Source: a virus
Direction: 5' to 3' (one strand)
DNA: 64,000 bases
IMG/VR virus record: IMGVR_UViG_3300035670_000019
Span: 64,001 to 128,000 of that record
Position numbers and translations under genes: made by a program. The notes under the pieces are model-generated. The model made no database searches. It was not told where the DNA came from and saw nothing but the letters and a program-made list of their open reading frames with translations. Below are positions 20,038-29,404 of this stretch, piece by piece (position 1 is the stretch's first letter; each line of letters begins with the position of its first letter).

Positions 20038-20502
20038 ATGGGAAAATTTCAATCAACAAAATTATTTGATGGATACAGTACTTGTTTCCGTCAATGGAAA
20101 GCAGAAGGAACTCATTGTAGATTCTTACATGGTTATGCTGTATCATTTCGAGTATGGTTTGAAGGTGATTTAGATGAGCGTAATTGGGTATTTGATTTTG
20201 GAGGCATGAAACGTGCCAAACATAAAATATCAGGCATGGCTCCTAAAGATTATTTTACTTGGTTACTTGATCATACAACAATCATAGCTGAAGATGATCC
20301 TTACATGAACCAATTTTTACAAATGCATATAGACGGTGTTATTCAATTGCGAGTATTACCAGCTACTGGTTGTGAAAGATTTGCTGAGTACCTTCATACA
20401 ACTATTAATAATTTTCTAAAAAAAGAAACAGATGGAAGAGTTAAAGCTGTCAAAGTTGAAGTTTACGAACATGAAAGAAACAGTGCTAGTTATGGAGAAT
20501 AA
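20038..20502 (+). CDS. queD: 6-carboxy-5,6,7,8-tetrahydropterin synthase (QueD/PTPS family)
   Basis: HCRFLHGY, WVFDFG, LDH, GCERFAEY and VEVYE T-fold motifs. Confidence 0.85.
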   Translation: MGKFQSTKLFDGYSTCFRQWKAEGTHCRFLHGYAVSFRVWFEGDLDERNWVFDFGGMKRAKHKISGMAPKDYFTWLLDHTTIIAEDDPYMNQFLQMHIDGVIQLRVLPATGCERFAEYLHTTINNFLKKETDGRVKAVKVEVYEHERNSASYGE

Positions 20503-20549
20503 CTACTGGACTTCAACCCCAACATATAATACTAATTTTATTTATAACT

Positions 20550-21332
20550 ATGAAACCAGGAAGAATAACTGATTATAACAAAACTCTACCAATTGTAGAA
20601 CTATACCCCGCAGTGCAAAGTGAAGGCAGTAGAGCCGGAATGCCTACTATTGTTATTAGAACTACAGGTTGTACTCACAGATGTTGGTTTGGAGAAGGTG
20701 GATGGTGTGACTCATGGTACACCTCAATCCACCCCGAAAAAGGCAAATACACATTCAATGATATAATTGAAATGTATAACAAATACCCACATGCAAGAGA
20801 AATGATGCTAACAGGTGGTTCACCAACTATGCATCCTGATCTTGTTAATGAACTTACTCATTTTGCATATCAACGTGGGATATTTATTACAATAGAAACT
20901 GAAGGTTCCCATTTTATTGAAACAGACTATCCAATCGGCTTGGTATCTTTGTCTCCTAAGTTTAGCAATAGCAATCCTAGGATTGGAATTCTTACTCCTC
21001 AAGGTAAAGAAGTGGATCAAAAGATGATAGATCAACATAATAAGTTGCGTCTTAATAAAGAAGCAATTAGACAGATGCTTGAGTATCATGATGATTTTCA
21101 TTTTAAGCCTGTTTGTAATCCTATTGAGATGCCTGAAGTATGGGAAGAGATAGAGGCGTTTAGACATGAAATGGATATTTCAAAACGTAAAACATGGATT
21201 ATGCCTCCTGGTGATACTAGAGAAGAATTAATTCGAGTTTATCCTATGGTAATGGATTTCTGTAGAGACAATGGATACAACTTTACAGGTAGAGAACATA
21301 TTATTGCTTTTGATGTTCAACGGTGTGTTTGA
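20550..21332 (+). CDS. queE: 7-carboxy-7-deazaguanine synthase (radical SAM)
   Basis: VQSEG, RTTGCTHRC...WCDS, LTGGSP, IETEG, SLSPK, REH. Confidence 0.9.
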   Translation: MKPGRITDYNKTLPIVELYPAVQSEGSRAGMPTIVIRTTGCTHRCWFGEGGWCDSWYTSIHPEKGKYTFNDIIEMYNKYPHAREMMLTGGSPTMHPDLVNELTHFAYQRGIFITIETEGSHFIETDYPIGLVSLSPKFSNSNPRIGILTPQGKEVDQKMIDQHNKLRLNKEAIRQMLEYHDDFHFKPVCNPIEMPEVWEEIEAFRHEMDISKRKTWIMPPGDTREELIRVYPMVMDFCRDNGYNFTGREHIIAFDVQRCV

Positions 21333-21383
21333 TCCTAAATAAAGAGTATATTTTTATATTTTTTAGGATATTTATAATAAAAT

Positions 21384-22007
21384 ATGAATTTCCCGTACAA
21401 ACAAATATGTAAAGAATGCTTAATAGATTTTAAATCTAAAGGTTCAAATAAAAAATTCTGTTCTAAAGAATGTAAACTTAAATGGAATGCTAAAAATATT
21501 TACTCATATACATCATGCTCAAATTGTGGAGAACAAGTAAGACATTCACCTAGTGATAAATATAAACACAAATTTTGCTCCAATACATGCCAGGGAAAAT
21601 GGAGAATGGATAATTTAAAAGAAGAAAATATTCAATTAGCATCTAAAATGAGAGAAAGCTGGTGTGAAGATAGTTGGAAAAAAAGTATAGAGACTCGAAA
21701 GAAAAATGGTAATATAATTACTAGTCATAATTGGAAACAATTTTGGAAAAAATGTGATTATTTAACTAGAAAAATAAGACAAAAAATGCTTGAAAATTGG
21801 GATGGATTTGATTATATTGATGGAGAATATATTAAAGACAACTTAAAACTTCATTATACAGATACTAATTATCCAACATTAGATCATGTTAAACCTAGAA
21901 GTGTATGTTTTAAAGAAGGATTAACTCCTGAAGAAACTACTAAACCTGAAAATTTAAAATGGACTAAAAGAGTAAATAATAGTTCTAAAAGTAACAAATA
22001 TGAGTAA
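21384..22007 (+). CDS. Free-standing HNH homing endonuclease with Cys-rich N-terminal repeats
   Basis: CKEC...KFCSKEC and CSNC...KFCSNTC repeats; TLDHVKP...NLKW...NSSK HNH core; own class 2 motif at 21368. Confidence 0.75.
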   Translation: MNFPYKQICKECLIDFKSKGSNKKFCSKECKLKWNAKNIYSYTSCSNCGEQVRHSPSDKYKHKFCSNTCQGKWRMDNLKEENIQLASKMRESWCEDSWKKSIETRKKNGNIITSHNWKQFWKKCDYLTRKIRQKMLENWDGFDYIDGEYIKDNLKLHYTDTNYPTLDHVKPRSVCFKEGLTPEETTKPENLKWTKRVNNSSKSNKYE

Positions 22008-22236
22008 ACCAATTTTTATAATACGATTTCCATATAGTGATAATAATATGGATAGAGATATTTTTAAAAAAAATTATGAAGATATAAGTAACAAATTAAA
22101 TGATTATCATGTATTAACAATAATGGGTGATGATGTTGAAACAGTAACATTTGAATGTTTTAATGCTCCTCATACTGAAATAGAATTTGAAGAATTAAAG
22201 TATCGTGTATTAGAATTACTGAAATACAGAGTATAA
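22000..22236 (+). CDS. Hypothetical protein
   Basis: 78 aa ORF. Confidence 0.55.
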   Translation: MSKPIFIIRFPYSDNNMDRDIFKKNYEDISNKLNDYHVLTIMGDDVETVTFECFNAPHTEIEFEELKYRVLELLKYRV

Positions 22237-22237
22237 T

Positions 22238-22513
22238 ATGGATAAAAAATTACTAAAAGAAACAGTAGAAAAAGAAAATGTTATATTATTTTTCTACGCT
22301 GACTGGTGCGGTGGTTGTAAAGTAGCAAACCCAATGGTTCAAAAAATAGCTACTAAACTTAACCTTAGGTTGATTCGAATTAATGAAAATACAGAACTAG
22401 AAGAAGAATATGAAGTAGATTATTACCCACATCTTATTCTAGCTAATAAAGGCAAACTTCGACATTACCCAGGTGCAACTATGATAAGAGATCTATATGA
22501 AAGTATTATTTGA
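22238..22513 (+). CDS. Thioredoxin-like protein
   Basis: FYADWCGGC, VDYYP. Confidence 0.8.
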   Translation: MDKKLLKETVEKENVILFFYADWCGGCKVANPMVQKIATKLNLRLIRINENTELEEEYEVDYYPHLILANKGKLRHYPGATMIRDLYESII

Positions 22514-23006
22514 AAAATCCCAAATTGAAAACCGAATTAAAGAAATCGGTATTCAAATCCTTAATCGCCATAAAGAAGAAAACAATCCAATTGTATTAGT
22601 TGGAGTACTAAATGGTGGTTTTATGTTTTATTCTAAGCTAGTAGATCAACTAGCTCTTTTAGACCCACAATGTGATTTTATTAGAGTAAAATCATACAAA
22701 GGTAGAGAGCATGAAGTACCTGAAATTATTATTCCCTCATCTTTAGATGTTGAGAATAAATTTGTCTATATTATAGATGACATTTATGATACAGGTTTAA
22801 CAATGCAAGTACTTAAAAACCAATTTACAGATTTAGGAGCATCAGGAGTTAGTGTTATAACACTAGTTAAACGAGCAATTAATGAAGTAGATATGCCTAT
22901 AAATTCACTTTATGGTTTTGAGATTCATGATGAATGGGTTGTTGGTTATGGAATGGACGATGAAGATGGTAGAAAAAGAAGTCTGCCTTATATTTTGGCA
23001 ATTTAA
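22497..23006 (+). CDS. hpt: Hypoxanthine/guanine phosphoribosyltransferase
   Basis: VLNGGFMF, KSY, IIDDIYDTGLT PRPP loop, LVKR, WVVGYGMD...RSLP. Confidence 0.88.
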   Translation: MKVLFEKSQIENRIKEIGIQILNRHKEENNPIVLVGVLNGGFMFYSKLVDQLALLDPQCDFIRVKSYKGREHEVPEIIIPSSLDVENKFVYIIDDIYDTGLTMQVLKNQFTDLGASGVSVITLVKRAINEVDMPINSLYGFEIHDEWVVGYGMDDEDGRKRSLPYILAI

Positions 23007-23023
23007 GAATAATAAGTTATATT
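22995..23023 (+). promoter_or_regulatory. Class 1 promoter-like motif TTGGCA-N17-TATATT
   Basis: Recurring motif upstream of folE. Confidence 0.55.
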
Positions 23024-23031
23024 AAGGTTAT

Positions 23032-23727
23032 ATGGAAAACAATAGAAGAAAATTTCACAATGACATTGAATGTGTCCCTACAGGTTTTGCTAATGGATCA
23101 GCAACTGATAGGCCTCTAACAAATGAGGAAAAACAACAAATGATTGAAGAAGCCACTGTTCATTTTGGTAACTTCTTAACAGCACTAAAATGTGATTGGC
23201 AAAACGATCCTAACTCTGCTGATACACCTCGTCGTGTAGCTAAAGCATATGTTAATGATTTGTGGGCTGGTCGTTATAATGGATTTACTGATATTACTTC
23301 ATTCCCATCAGACGGATATGATGGAGTAATTATTGAACGTAATATCCCACTAACATCAATGTGTTCTCATCATCACCAAACAATTAGTGGTGTAGTTCAT
23401 ATTGGTTATATTGCTGGTGAGAAAGGTCGAGTGATTGGTTTATCTAAACTAAATCGTATTGTAGAGCACTTTGGTCGTAGAGGTGCTATTCAAGAACAAT
23501 TAACTGCTGCTATCCATCAAGCTGTAAATAAGGTTTGTGAAGGTAATAAAGGTGTAGTTGTAACTGTAGTAGCATCTCACAATTGTGTAAGTTGTAGAGG
23601 TGTTAAACATCAAGGTGCTGCAATGATTACTACTAAAGCATCAGGTGTGTTTATGGAAAATGACAATTTAGCTCGTAAAGAGTTTTTTGATTCACTTAAA
23701 ATCAATAACGGAAATGTCTCAATCTAA
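23032..23727 (+). CDS. folE: GTP cyclohydrolase I
   Basis: DTPRRVAK, SMCSHH, GLSKLNR, IQEQLT, HNCVSCRGV. Confidence 0.93.
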   Translation: MENNRRKFHNDIECVPTGFANGSATDRPLTNEEKQQMIEEATVHFGNFLTALKCDWQNDPNSADTPRRVAKAYVNDLWAGRYNGFTDITSFPSDGYDGVIIERNIPLTSMCSHHHQTISGVVHIGYIAGEKGRVIGLSKLNRIVEHFGRRGAIQEQLTAAIHQAVNKVCEGNKGVVVTVVASHNCVSCRGVKHQGAAMITTKASGVFMENDNLARKEFFDSLKINNGNVSI

Positions 23728-24199
23728 AGAAAATTATGTACCATTTGTAAGCGAGGTAGAGGAGTTTAACGCTACAATGGGCAAACCAAATAACTATACT
23801 CCTAGTATTCCAGATGAAAAAGAATGGATGTTTGTTTATAATTTTATTCTAGAGGAACTAGAAGAATATAAAGAAGCATGTCAACAAGGAGATATTGTAG
23901 GTGTATTAGATGCACTATGTGATATTACTTATGTTTCATTAGGTAACGGAGCAATGTTACACGGTCTAAAAGATAAAGTACAAGACGCGTATGCTGAGGT
24001 ACAAGCATCAAATATGTCTAAGGCTTGTAAAACAGAAGAAGAAGCTCAACAAACTGTTAACCGTAGAACAATAGAGCAAGGAATGGAATGTCACTATGAA
24101 AAACAAGGTGATTATTGGGTAGTGTATCGTACTTCTGATCGTAAGGTGATGAAGTCAATTAACTATTTTAAACCAAATCTAGAACAATTCTTTAAATAA
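23714..24199 (+). CDS. All-alpha NTP pyrophosphatase (MazG-like, DR2231/PRA-PH type)
   Basis: ILEELEEY...DALCDITYV...EVQASNMSK. ATG at 23714 preferred over 23687. Confidence 0.8.
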   Translation: MSQSKENYVPFVSEVEEFNATMGKPNNYTPSIPDEKEWMFVYNFILEELEEYKEACQQGDIVGVLDALCDITYVSLGNGAMLHGLKDKVQDAYAEVQASNMSKACKTEEEAQQTVNRRTIEQGMECHYEKQGDYWVVYRTSDRKVMKSINYFKPNLEQFFK

Positions 24200-26787
24200 T
24201 GTACCAATCAATCTATTACGATTTTAGTACTTACACCTATTATTTACGAGACGATAAGCAAGGCTGGATGGAATTCCAATACCAGCCTACTTATTGGCAA
24301 CGTACAAACGAATGGTCTGAGAATGCTAGACCTGTTCTAACAGGTGGATGGGCTGTACCTACTAAAAAGTATAGTAAAGATGATCCTGATTTATTAGAAA
24401 AAGATATTGATAAGTCACTTGTTGTATTACGAGAGTTGTACTATAAGGAAGATGATGTTGTACCTGCTTGGCATAACATAGTTTATATTGATATTGAGAT
24501 TGAAATGGGAGGTGCTTTGACACCTCACTATATTCAACAAGCACCTATGCCTCTTACATCTATTGCTCTTATAGATGTGACCACTAAACAAAAAATATGT
24601 TTTGTTGTTGACCCATCAGGCCAAATTAAAGAAACAAATCAAGATGATAAGTTAATCATACCTTGTAGAAACGAAAAAGAATTAATAGGTAAATTCTTAT
24701 CCAAATTTGAAGAACTAGATCCCACAATATTAGTTGGTTACAATTCAGATTACTTTGATATGCCTTACCTATACTTCCGAATTAAGCAAGTTGTAGGCGA
24801 AGATGAGGTACTACGTTTATCTCCAATCAGAAAGGTAACTGCTAGAGAATTTAATGGTGAAAACCAAATTACTATTGGGGGTGTTAATTGTCTAGACTAT
24901 ATGTTGCTTCATAAAAAATACATTATGAAGGAAGAACCATCATATAAATTAGGCGACATTGGAACCAAATATGTTAATCTAGGTAAAATTGAATATGAAG
25001 GTAATTTAAATACATTGTTTAAAGACGATATAAGCAAGTTTATAGACTATAACCTTCGAGATGTTGAAATCATTGAAGCACTAGAAGCTAAACTTAAGTT
25101 TATTGACTTAACAATAATGATTTCTCATATCTGTAATATTCCATATGAAAGCATTTATTGGAATACAGTTATGAATGAGGGTGCTATTTTGAAGTATCTT
25201 AAACGTGAAGGTATTATTTCACCTAATAAACCAACAACTCATAATCCATCACTTAAAAACTTTAAAGAAACATATGCTGGTGGTTATCTATTAGAACCTA
25301 TTCCTGGATTGTACTTTGATGTTATTGATTTAGACTTTACATCACTGTATCCTTCAATTATTAAGTCACTTAATTTAGGTATTGAAACATTAGTAGGTCG
25401 AATCAAAGTACCTTATATGGCTACCTATGAACAAAATCATAGTCTAGATAAACTTAAAGAACGTGATCCAAATGAAGAAGTTGTAGTTGAAAAAGTAAAT
25501 AAAAGAAACTATACTTTAACCCAAGCAAAAGTTAAACTAGGAGACCTAATTAAAATTATTGAAGACAATAACTTTACCATCTCAGCCTCAGGTGCTATGT
25601 TTAAAACTGATGAACAAAGTGTTGTAGCTAAGATTTTGGAAGGATGGTTTGATAAACGAGAACATTATAGAGGTTTAAAGAAAAAAGCAGGTAAAGAAGA
25701 AGATTGGGCTAATTATAAATTATATGATTTGTTCCAACATGCATTTAAAATCCTACAGAATGCAATGTATGGTACATTCGCTAAAAGTGGATGGCGTTAT
25801 ACTGACGGACAATTAATTTGTAGCGCCGCTATTACTAATACAGGTCAATCATTAACTCAAAATTCAATTAAGTTTGTTAATAATAAACTAAACACTGAAT
25901 TAGAATCCGATAAACAATACATTTGTATTAGTGATACAGATTCTATGTATATTGAATTAGGTGATTTATTAAAACACAGACACCCAAATTCAGTTCCTGA
26001 AGATAAAGACAAACATATCCTAGAGTTAGCAACTGAAATTCAAGATGAATCTAATCATCATCTAAATACTTTATGTAAAGAGCTATTCAATATTGACCCT
26101 AAAAAACATTACTTCCAGTTAAAACAAGAAGTAATTGCTAAAGGTATCTTAGTTACAGGTAAGAGAAGATATGCTATGTATATCACTAATAAAGAAGGTG
26201 TCACTGTTGAAGAACTAGATATGAAAGGTATTGAATTGATGAAATCCAATATGAATAAAATGTTTAAGTCATTTGGAGAACAATTCATTAAAGATGTTTT
26301 ATTTGGTAAACCTAAATCTGAAATTGATAAGTCAATTATTGACTTCTATAAATCACTCAAATCAGTAGACCCCAAACAACTAGGCAAACCTACTGGAGTA
26401 AAACAAATATCCTCATACCATATACCAGCTCGTGCAGGTGAAATGTTTAGTAATTTTAAATTGAAAGCACCTTCAAATACTAAAGCAGCTGTTCGTTATA
26501 ATGACTTATTAAAGTTTAAAAAACTAGATAAAAAATATGAATCAATAATTGAAGGTGATAAGATTTTTATTATTAACCTAAAACCAAACATGTATAAATT
26601 AGAAACTATTGGTTTACCAAATGCTAAAGTACCTGATGAGATAGAAAAGTTTGTTAAAATGTATATTGATATAGATGAAATTTTTGAATCATTATTATTG
26701 AATAAGTTAAAAGAACTCTATAGTGATCTTAAGTGGGAATTCCCGCCACTAAATGCTAATGTAACTAAATTTTTCTCCTTTGGATAA
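24199..26787 (+). CDS. polB: Family B DNA polymerase
   Basis: Exo motifs DIEIE, GYNSDYFD, YNLRD; polymerase motifs DFTSLYPS, KILQNAMYG, SDTDS, KRRY. Confidence 0.95.
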   Translation: MYQSIYYDFSTYTYYLRDDKQGWMEFQYQPTYWQRTNEWSENARPVLTGGWAVPTKKYSKDDPDLLEKDIDKSLVVLRELYYKEDDVVPAWHNIVYIDIEIEMGGALTPHYIQQAPMPLTSIALIDVTTKQKICFVVDPSGQIKETNQDDKLIIPCRNEKELIGKFLSKFEELDPTILVGYNSDYFDMPYLYFRIKQVVGEDEVLRLSPIRKVTAREFNGENQITIGGVNCLDYMLLHKKYIMKEEPSYKLGDIGTKYVNLGKIEYEGNLNTLFKDDISKFIDYNLRDVEIIEALEAKLKFIDLTIMISHICNIPYESIYWNTVMNEGAILKYLKREGIISPNKPTTHNPSLKNFKETYAGGYLLEPIPGLYFDVIDLDFTSLYPSIIKSLNLGIETLVGRIKVPYMATYEQNHSLDKLKERDPNEEVVVEKVNKRNYTLTQAKVKLGDLIKIIEDNNFTISASGAMFKTDEQSVVAKILEGWFDKREHYRGLKKKAGKEEDWANYKLYDLFQHAFKILQNAMYGTFAKSGWRYTDGQLICSAAITNTGQSLTQNSIKFVNNKLNTELESDKQYICISDTDSMYIELGDLLKHRHPNSVPEDKDKHILELATEIQDESNHHLNTLCKELFNIDPKKHYFQLKQEVIAKGILVTGKRRYAMYITNKEGVTVEELDMKGIELMKSNMNKMFKSFGEQFIKDVLFGKPKSEIDKSIIDFYKSLKSVDPKQLGKPTGVKQISSYHIPARAGEMFSNFKLKAPSNTKAAVRYNDLLKFKKLDKKYESIIEGDKIFIINLKPNMYKLETIGLPNAKVPDEIEKFVKMYIDIDEIFESLLLNKLKELYSDLKWEFPPLNANVTKFFSFG

Positions 26788-26813
26788 TATGTATAACATA
26801 TAAACTCGTTATC

Positions 26814-26969
26814 ATGAAATTTACAAATTCTTGGAAAGCAATTAATACACAACATGACAAACTTAGATTTGTTGCTCGTGTATCATCTTTAACATTACTT
26901 GAAGTTAACATTGATGTTTCTTCAAAAGTATACAAATTAACAATCTTTAACTTCGGAATTCAACTATGA
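26814..26969 (+). CDS. Small hypothetical protein (not in ORF track)
   Basis: MKFTNSWKAINTQHDKLRFVARVSSLTLLEVNIDVSSKVYKLTIFNFGIQL; class 2 motif at 26787; ATGA overlap with the next gene. Confidence 0.6.
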   Translation: MKFTNSWKAINTQHDKLRFVARVSSLTLLEVNIDVSSKVYKLTIFNFGIQL

Positions 26970-27562
26970 AAAAATCAGAATTGCAGCAAATCATAAGAGA
27001 AGAGATTAATAAAACAATCAACGAAGCAAAAATTTATAACTCATCTAGTGACGCTGCTAAAAAACTAATGCGACAATTAGAAGATCTAGTTCTTAATGGA
27101 GAAATATCAAACCCAGATATAGAAGAACTTAGAAGTAGATTACGCACTGCTAATCTATTTTCTAAATATAAACTATCTCCTGAAAAACGTAGAGCGGCCT
27201 TTGATAAAGAATTTAAAGATAGTGAAAAAGCTGAAAAAGAATTAGCTCGTGATACTAAAAAACCAGATGATGCTTTTAAAGTTGGATCATTAACTAAAAA
27301 ACAAAATAAAGAAAGAAAAGACGCTAATAAATTACCTTTAGTAATTTACACATCTGGAAGAGTAGGAGCAATCGGAACAGAATTAGGTGATATGAGAAAA
27401 TATTATGATATAGTTACACCTGAAATAGATCTTCAATTTCATACTGGTGCGGTATATGGTGATAAACCATCTTATATACTTAATCCAAAATATAGAGATA
27501 AATCATTCGCTAAAGCTAAAATCGCTTGGAGTGTATGGGAATCAATTAATGGAAAACTTTAA
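26966..27562 (+). CDS. Protein with MKKSELQQIIREEI...INE leader, putative internal virion protein
   Basis: Shares its first ~21 aa with 27615..27884. Confidence 0.55.
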   Translation: MKKSELQQIIREEINKTINEAKIYNSSSDAAKKLMRQLEDLVLNGEISNPDIEELRSRLRTANLFSKYKLSPEKRRAAFDKEFKDSEKAEKELARDTKKPDDAFKVGSLTKKQNKERKDANKLPLVIYTSGRVGAIGTELGDMRKYYDIVTPEIDLQFHTGAVYGDKPSYILNPKYRDKSFAKAKIAWSVWESINGKL

Positions 27563-27614
27563 TCAAAAAAAAATTAATATATTTATAAACAAATGTAAAA
27601 ATCTATAATAAAAA

Positions 27615-27884
27615 ATGAAAAAATCACAATTGCAACAAATCATCAGAGAAGAGATTCAAAACACTCTTAATGAAGCATTAAAAATTAATTCTAATCCTAA
27701 TGTTACAAATGATAATCAAAGAGGATATAAAGATACAATAGTAAATAAAACTACTAGAGCAGATCGTGATACTGTATTTCCTGGGGTAGAAATTACTCAA
27801 CCTGGAAGTGGTGGACTTAAAACTGTATTTATTCCAAGTAGTGAGTTTCCGAAGTTGATAGCTTTTTTACAAAAAAGTATGTAA
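27615..27884 (+). CDS. Protein with MKKSQLQQIIREEI...LNE leader, putative internal virion protein
   Basis: Leader shared with 26966..27562; class 2 motif at 27579. Confidence 0.55.
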   Translation: MKKSQLQQIIREEIQNTLNEALKINSNPNVTNDNQRGYKDTIVNKTTRADRDTVFPGVEITQPGSGGLKTVFIPSSEFPKLIAFLQKSM

Positions 27885-27906
27885 ATAATGTAAAATACTT
27901 TAAATT

Positions 27907-27939
27907 AGGCTTGCAAACGCAAGCCTTTTTTGTTATATT
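27907..27939 (+). terminator. Intrinsic terminator fused with class 1 promoter motif
   Basis: AGGCTTGC-AAAC-GCAAGCCT then T-tract; TTGCAA at 27911, TATATT at 27934. Confidence 0.75.
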
Positions 27940-27945
27940 ACAAAC

Positions 27946-28668
27946 ATGATATCAAAACTAGAATTACAAAGCGTTATAGAAAAATACCATCTAAATGGTT
28001 TAATTGAAAATGTTAAATGGGAAATAAGTAAAGATAAACAACTTACTATCAATTTTATGTCCCCATCTAGGGAAATGATAGGTAAAGTAGTTTATACTGG
28101 TTTTCCACTGCCTGAATCTGCTATTGGTATTAATAATACCACTCAATTAGATAAACTACTAGCCATCACAAGTGGTGATTTAGTACTTGATTATGTTAAG
28201 GAAGGTAAAGTAATATCTAAACTATTAATAGCAGATGAGCAATTTAATCTAAACTATGCTCTATCAGATCTACTAACCATCCCTAAACCAGGTGAATATA
28301 ATGGTTCTGAAGAATTTGATACCGAATCAGTATTAGATAATGAAATCATTAGTGCATTGATTAAAGCTAAAAACGCTCTAACCAATAGTGAAAATGTAGT
28401 TGTTAAACCAGATACATTAGGTTTAGGATTTACATTTGGAGGTGATGTTGAGTATGCTAATAAAGTATCTTATTACATTCAAAATGCAACACCTTCAGAA
28501 GTAGATTTTGAACTTGTATATAATTCAAATCTATTAAAAGAGATATTAGCTTGTAATAAAGATATGGAAAATGGTACACTATATGTTAAAAACATAGGTT
28601 TAATGAAACTTATGTTCACTAGCAAAAATATTCAAAGTACTTATTATATTGTCGCGAAAGAAAATTAA
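27946..28668 (+). CDS. DNA sliding clamp (gp45/PCNA-like)
   Basis: 240 aa, C-terminal GLMKLMF...STYYIVA pattern; lies between PolB and the clamp loader. Confidence 0.7.
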   Translation: MISKLELQSVIEKYHLNGLIENVKWEISKDKQLTINFMSPSREMIGKVVYTGFPLPESAIGINNTTQLDKLLAITSGDLVLDYVKEGKVISKLLIADEQFNLNYALSDLLTIPKPGEYNGSEEFDTESVLDNEIISALIKAKNALTNSENVVVKPDTLGLGFTFGGDVEYANKVSYYIQNATPSEVDFELVYNSNLLKEILACNKDMENGTLYVKNIGLMKLMFTSKNIQSTYYIVAKEN

Positions 28669-28699
28669 TTCACATATATTTATAATAAAGGTTACAACT

Positions 28700-28731
28700 T
28701 GCTTGGCTTCCCAAGCAGAAGATGTTATATT
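28700..28731 (+). promoter_or_regulatory. Class 1 promoter motif inside hairpin TGCTTGG-CTTC-CCAAGCA
   Basis: TTGGCT at 28703, TATATT at 28726; a class 2 motif also lies at 28676. Confidence 0.6.
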
Positions 28732-28748
28732 TAATTAAATAATAAGTT

Positions 28749-29075
28749 ATGAAAGAAGAAAAACAAGCGTTGTCGTCTTTGACGCTAATCAAAGACCCAC
28801 TCATTGAACCTTATTTTATCGGTAAAGATGCTAGCAGTTACACTGTCTATGAAACCTTAATGCCTGGTAATAATAAAAAAGGCAGAGGACGTCAAACTCG
28901 AGAAAAAGAAGGTATTAAACCATTATCATTCCATTCTAATTTCGATTCATGTTTAGCTTCAATCGCTAAACTAAAAATTGAAAATCGCCCAGTTTACAAC
29001 TCAATTTCAGAGTATGTAGCAGAATGGAGACGAGTAAAAGAAGAAATCAACCAAATAGTTAATATAGAAAAATGA
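28749..29075 (+). CDS. Hypothetical protein
   Basis: 108 aa ORF before groES. Confidence 0.6.
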   Translation: MKEEKQALSSLTLIKDPLIEPYFIGKDASSYTVYETLMPGNNKKGRGRQTREKEGIKPLSFHSNFDSCLASIAKLKIENRPVYNSISEYVAEWRRVKEEINQIVNIEK

Positions 29076-29398
29076 AAAAGTTACAAGCAACATTTAACGC
29101 AGTTATAGTTAAGCCTCGCGAAGAAGAAGAAACAATGTATGGAGGTATCATTGTACCCGATTTGGGTAAAGAAAAAGCACTTATTGGAACAATTGTCTCA
29201 ATTGGTGAAGGTTACCATTCAGCAACTGGTACTTGGATAGACACAAGTCTAAGAGTAGGAATGGAAGTAATGCTGCCTAGTATGGGTCCTAACAAAATTG
29301 AATTTGATGGACAAGAATATTGGGTATGCCCTGAAAACCAAGTGCTAGCAGTTATTGAGGATGCTAAAGAAGTTGAATTAGAAGTTACAAACAAATAA
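29072..29398 (+). CDS. groES: Co-chaperonin GroES
   Basis: VIVKP...ETMYGGIIVPD...GTIVSIGEG...VGMEV...ENQVLAVI. Confidence 0.88.
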   Translation: MKKLQATFNAVIVKPREEEETMYGGIIVPDLGKEKALIGTIVSIGEGYHSATGTWIDTSLRVGMEVMLPSMGPNKIEFDGQEYWVCPENQVLAVIEDAKEVELEVTNK

Positions 29399-29404
29399 AA
29401 AGTT

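Noticed and set aside
9998-26787. Inteins or introns in helicase, nrdA, nrdB or polB
   Set aside because: Lengths are normal or short, with no intein-like insertions or frame breaks.
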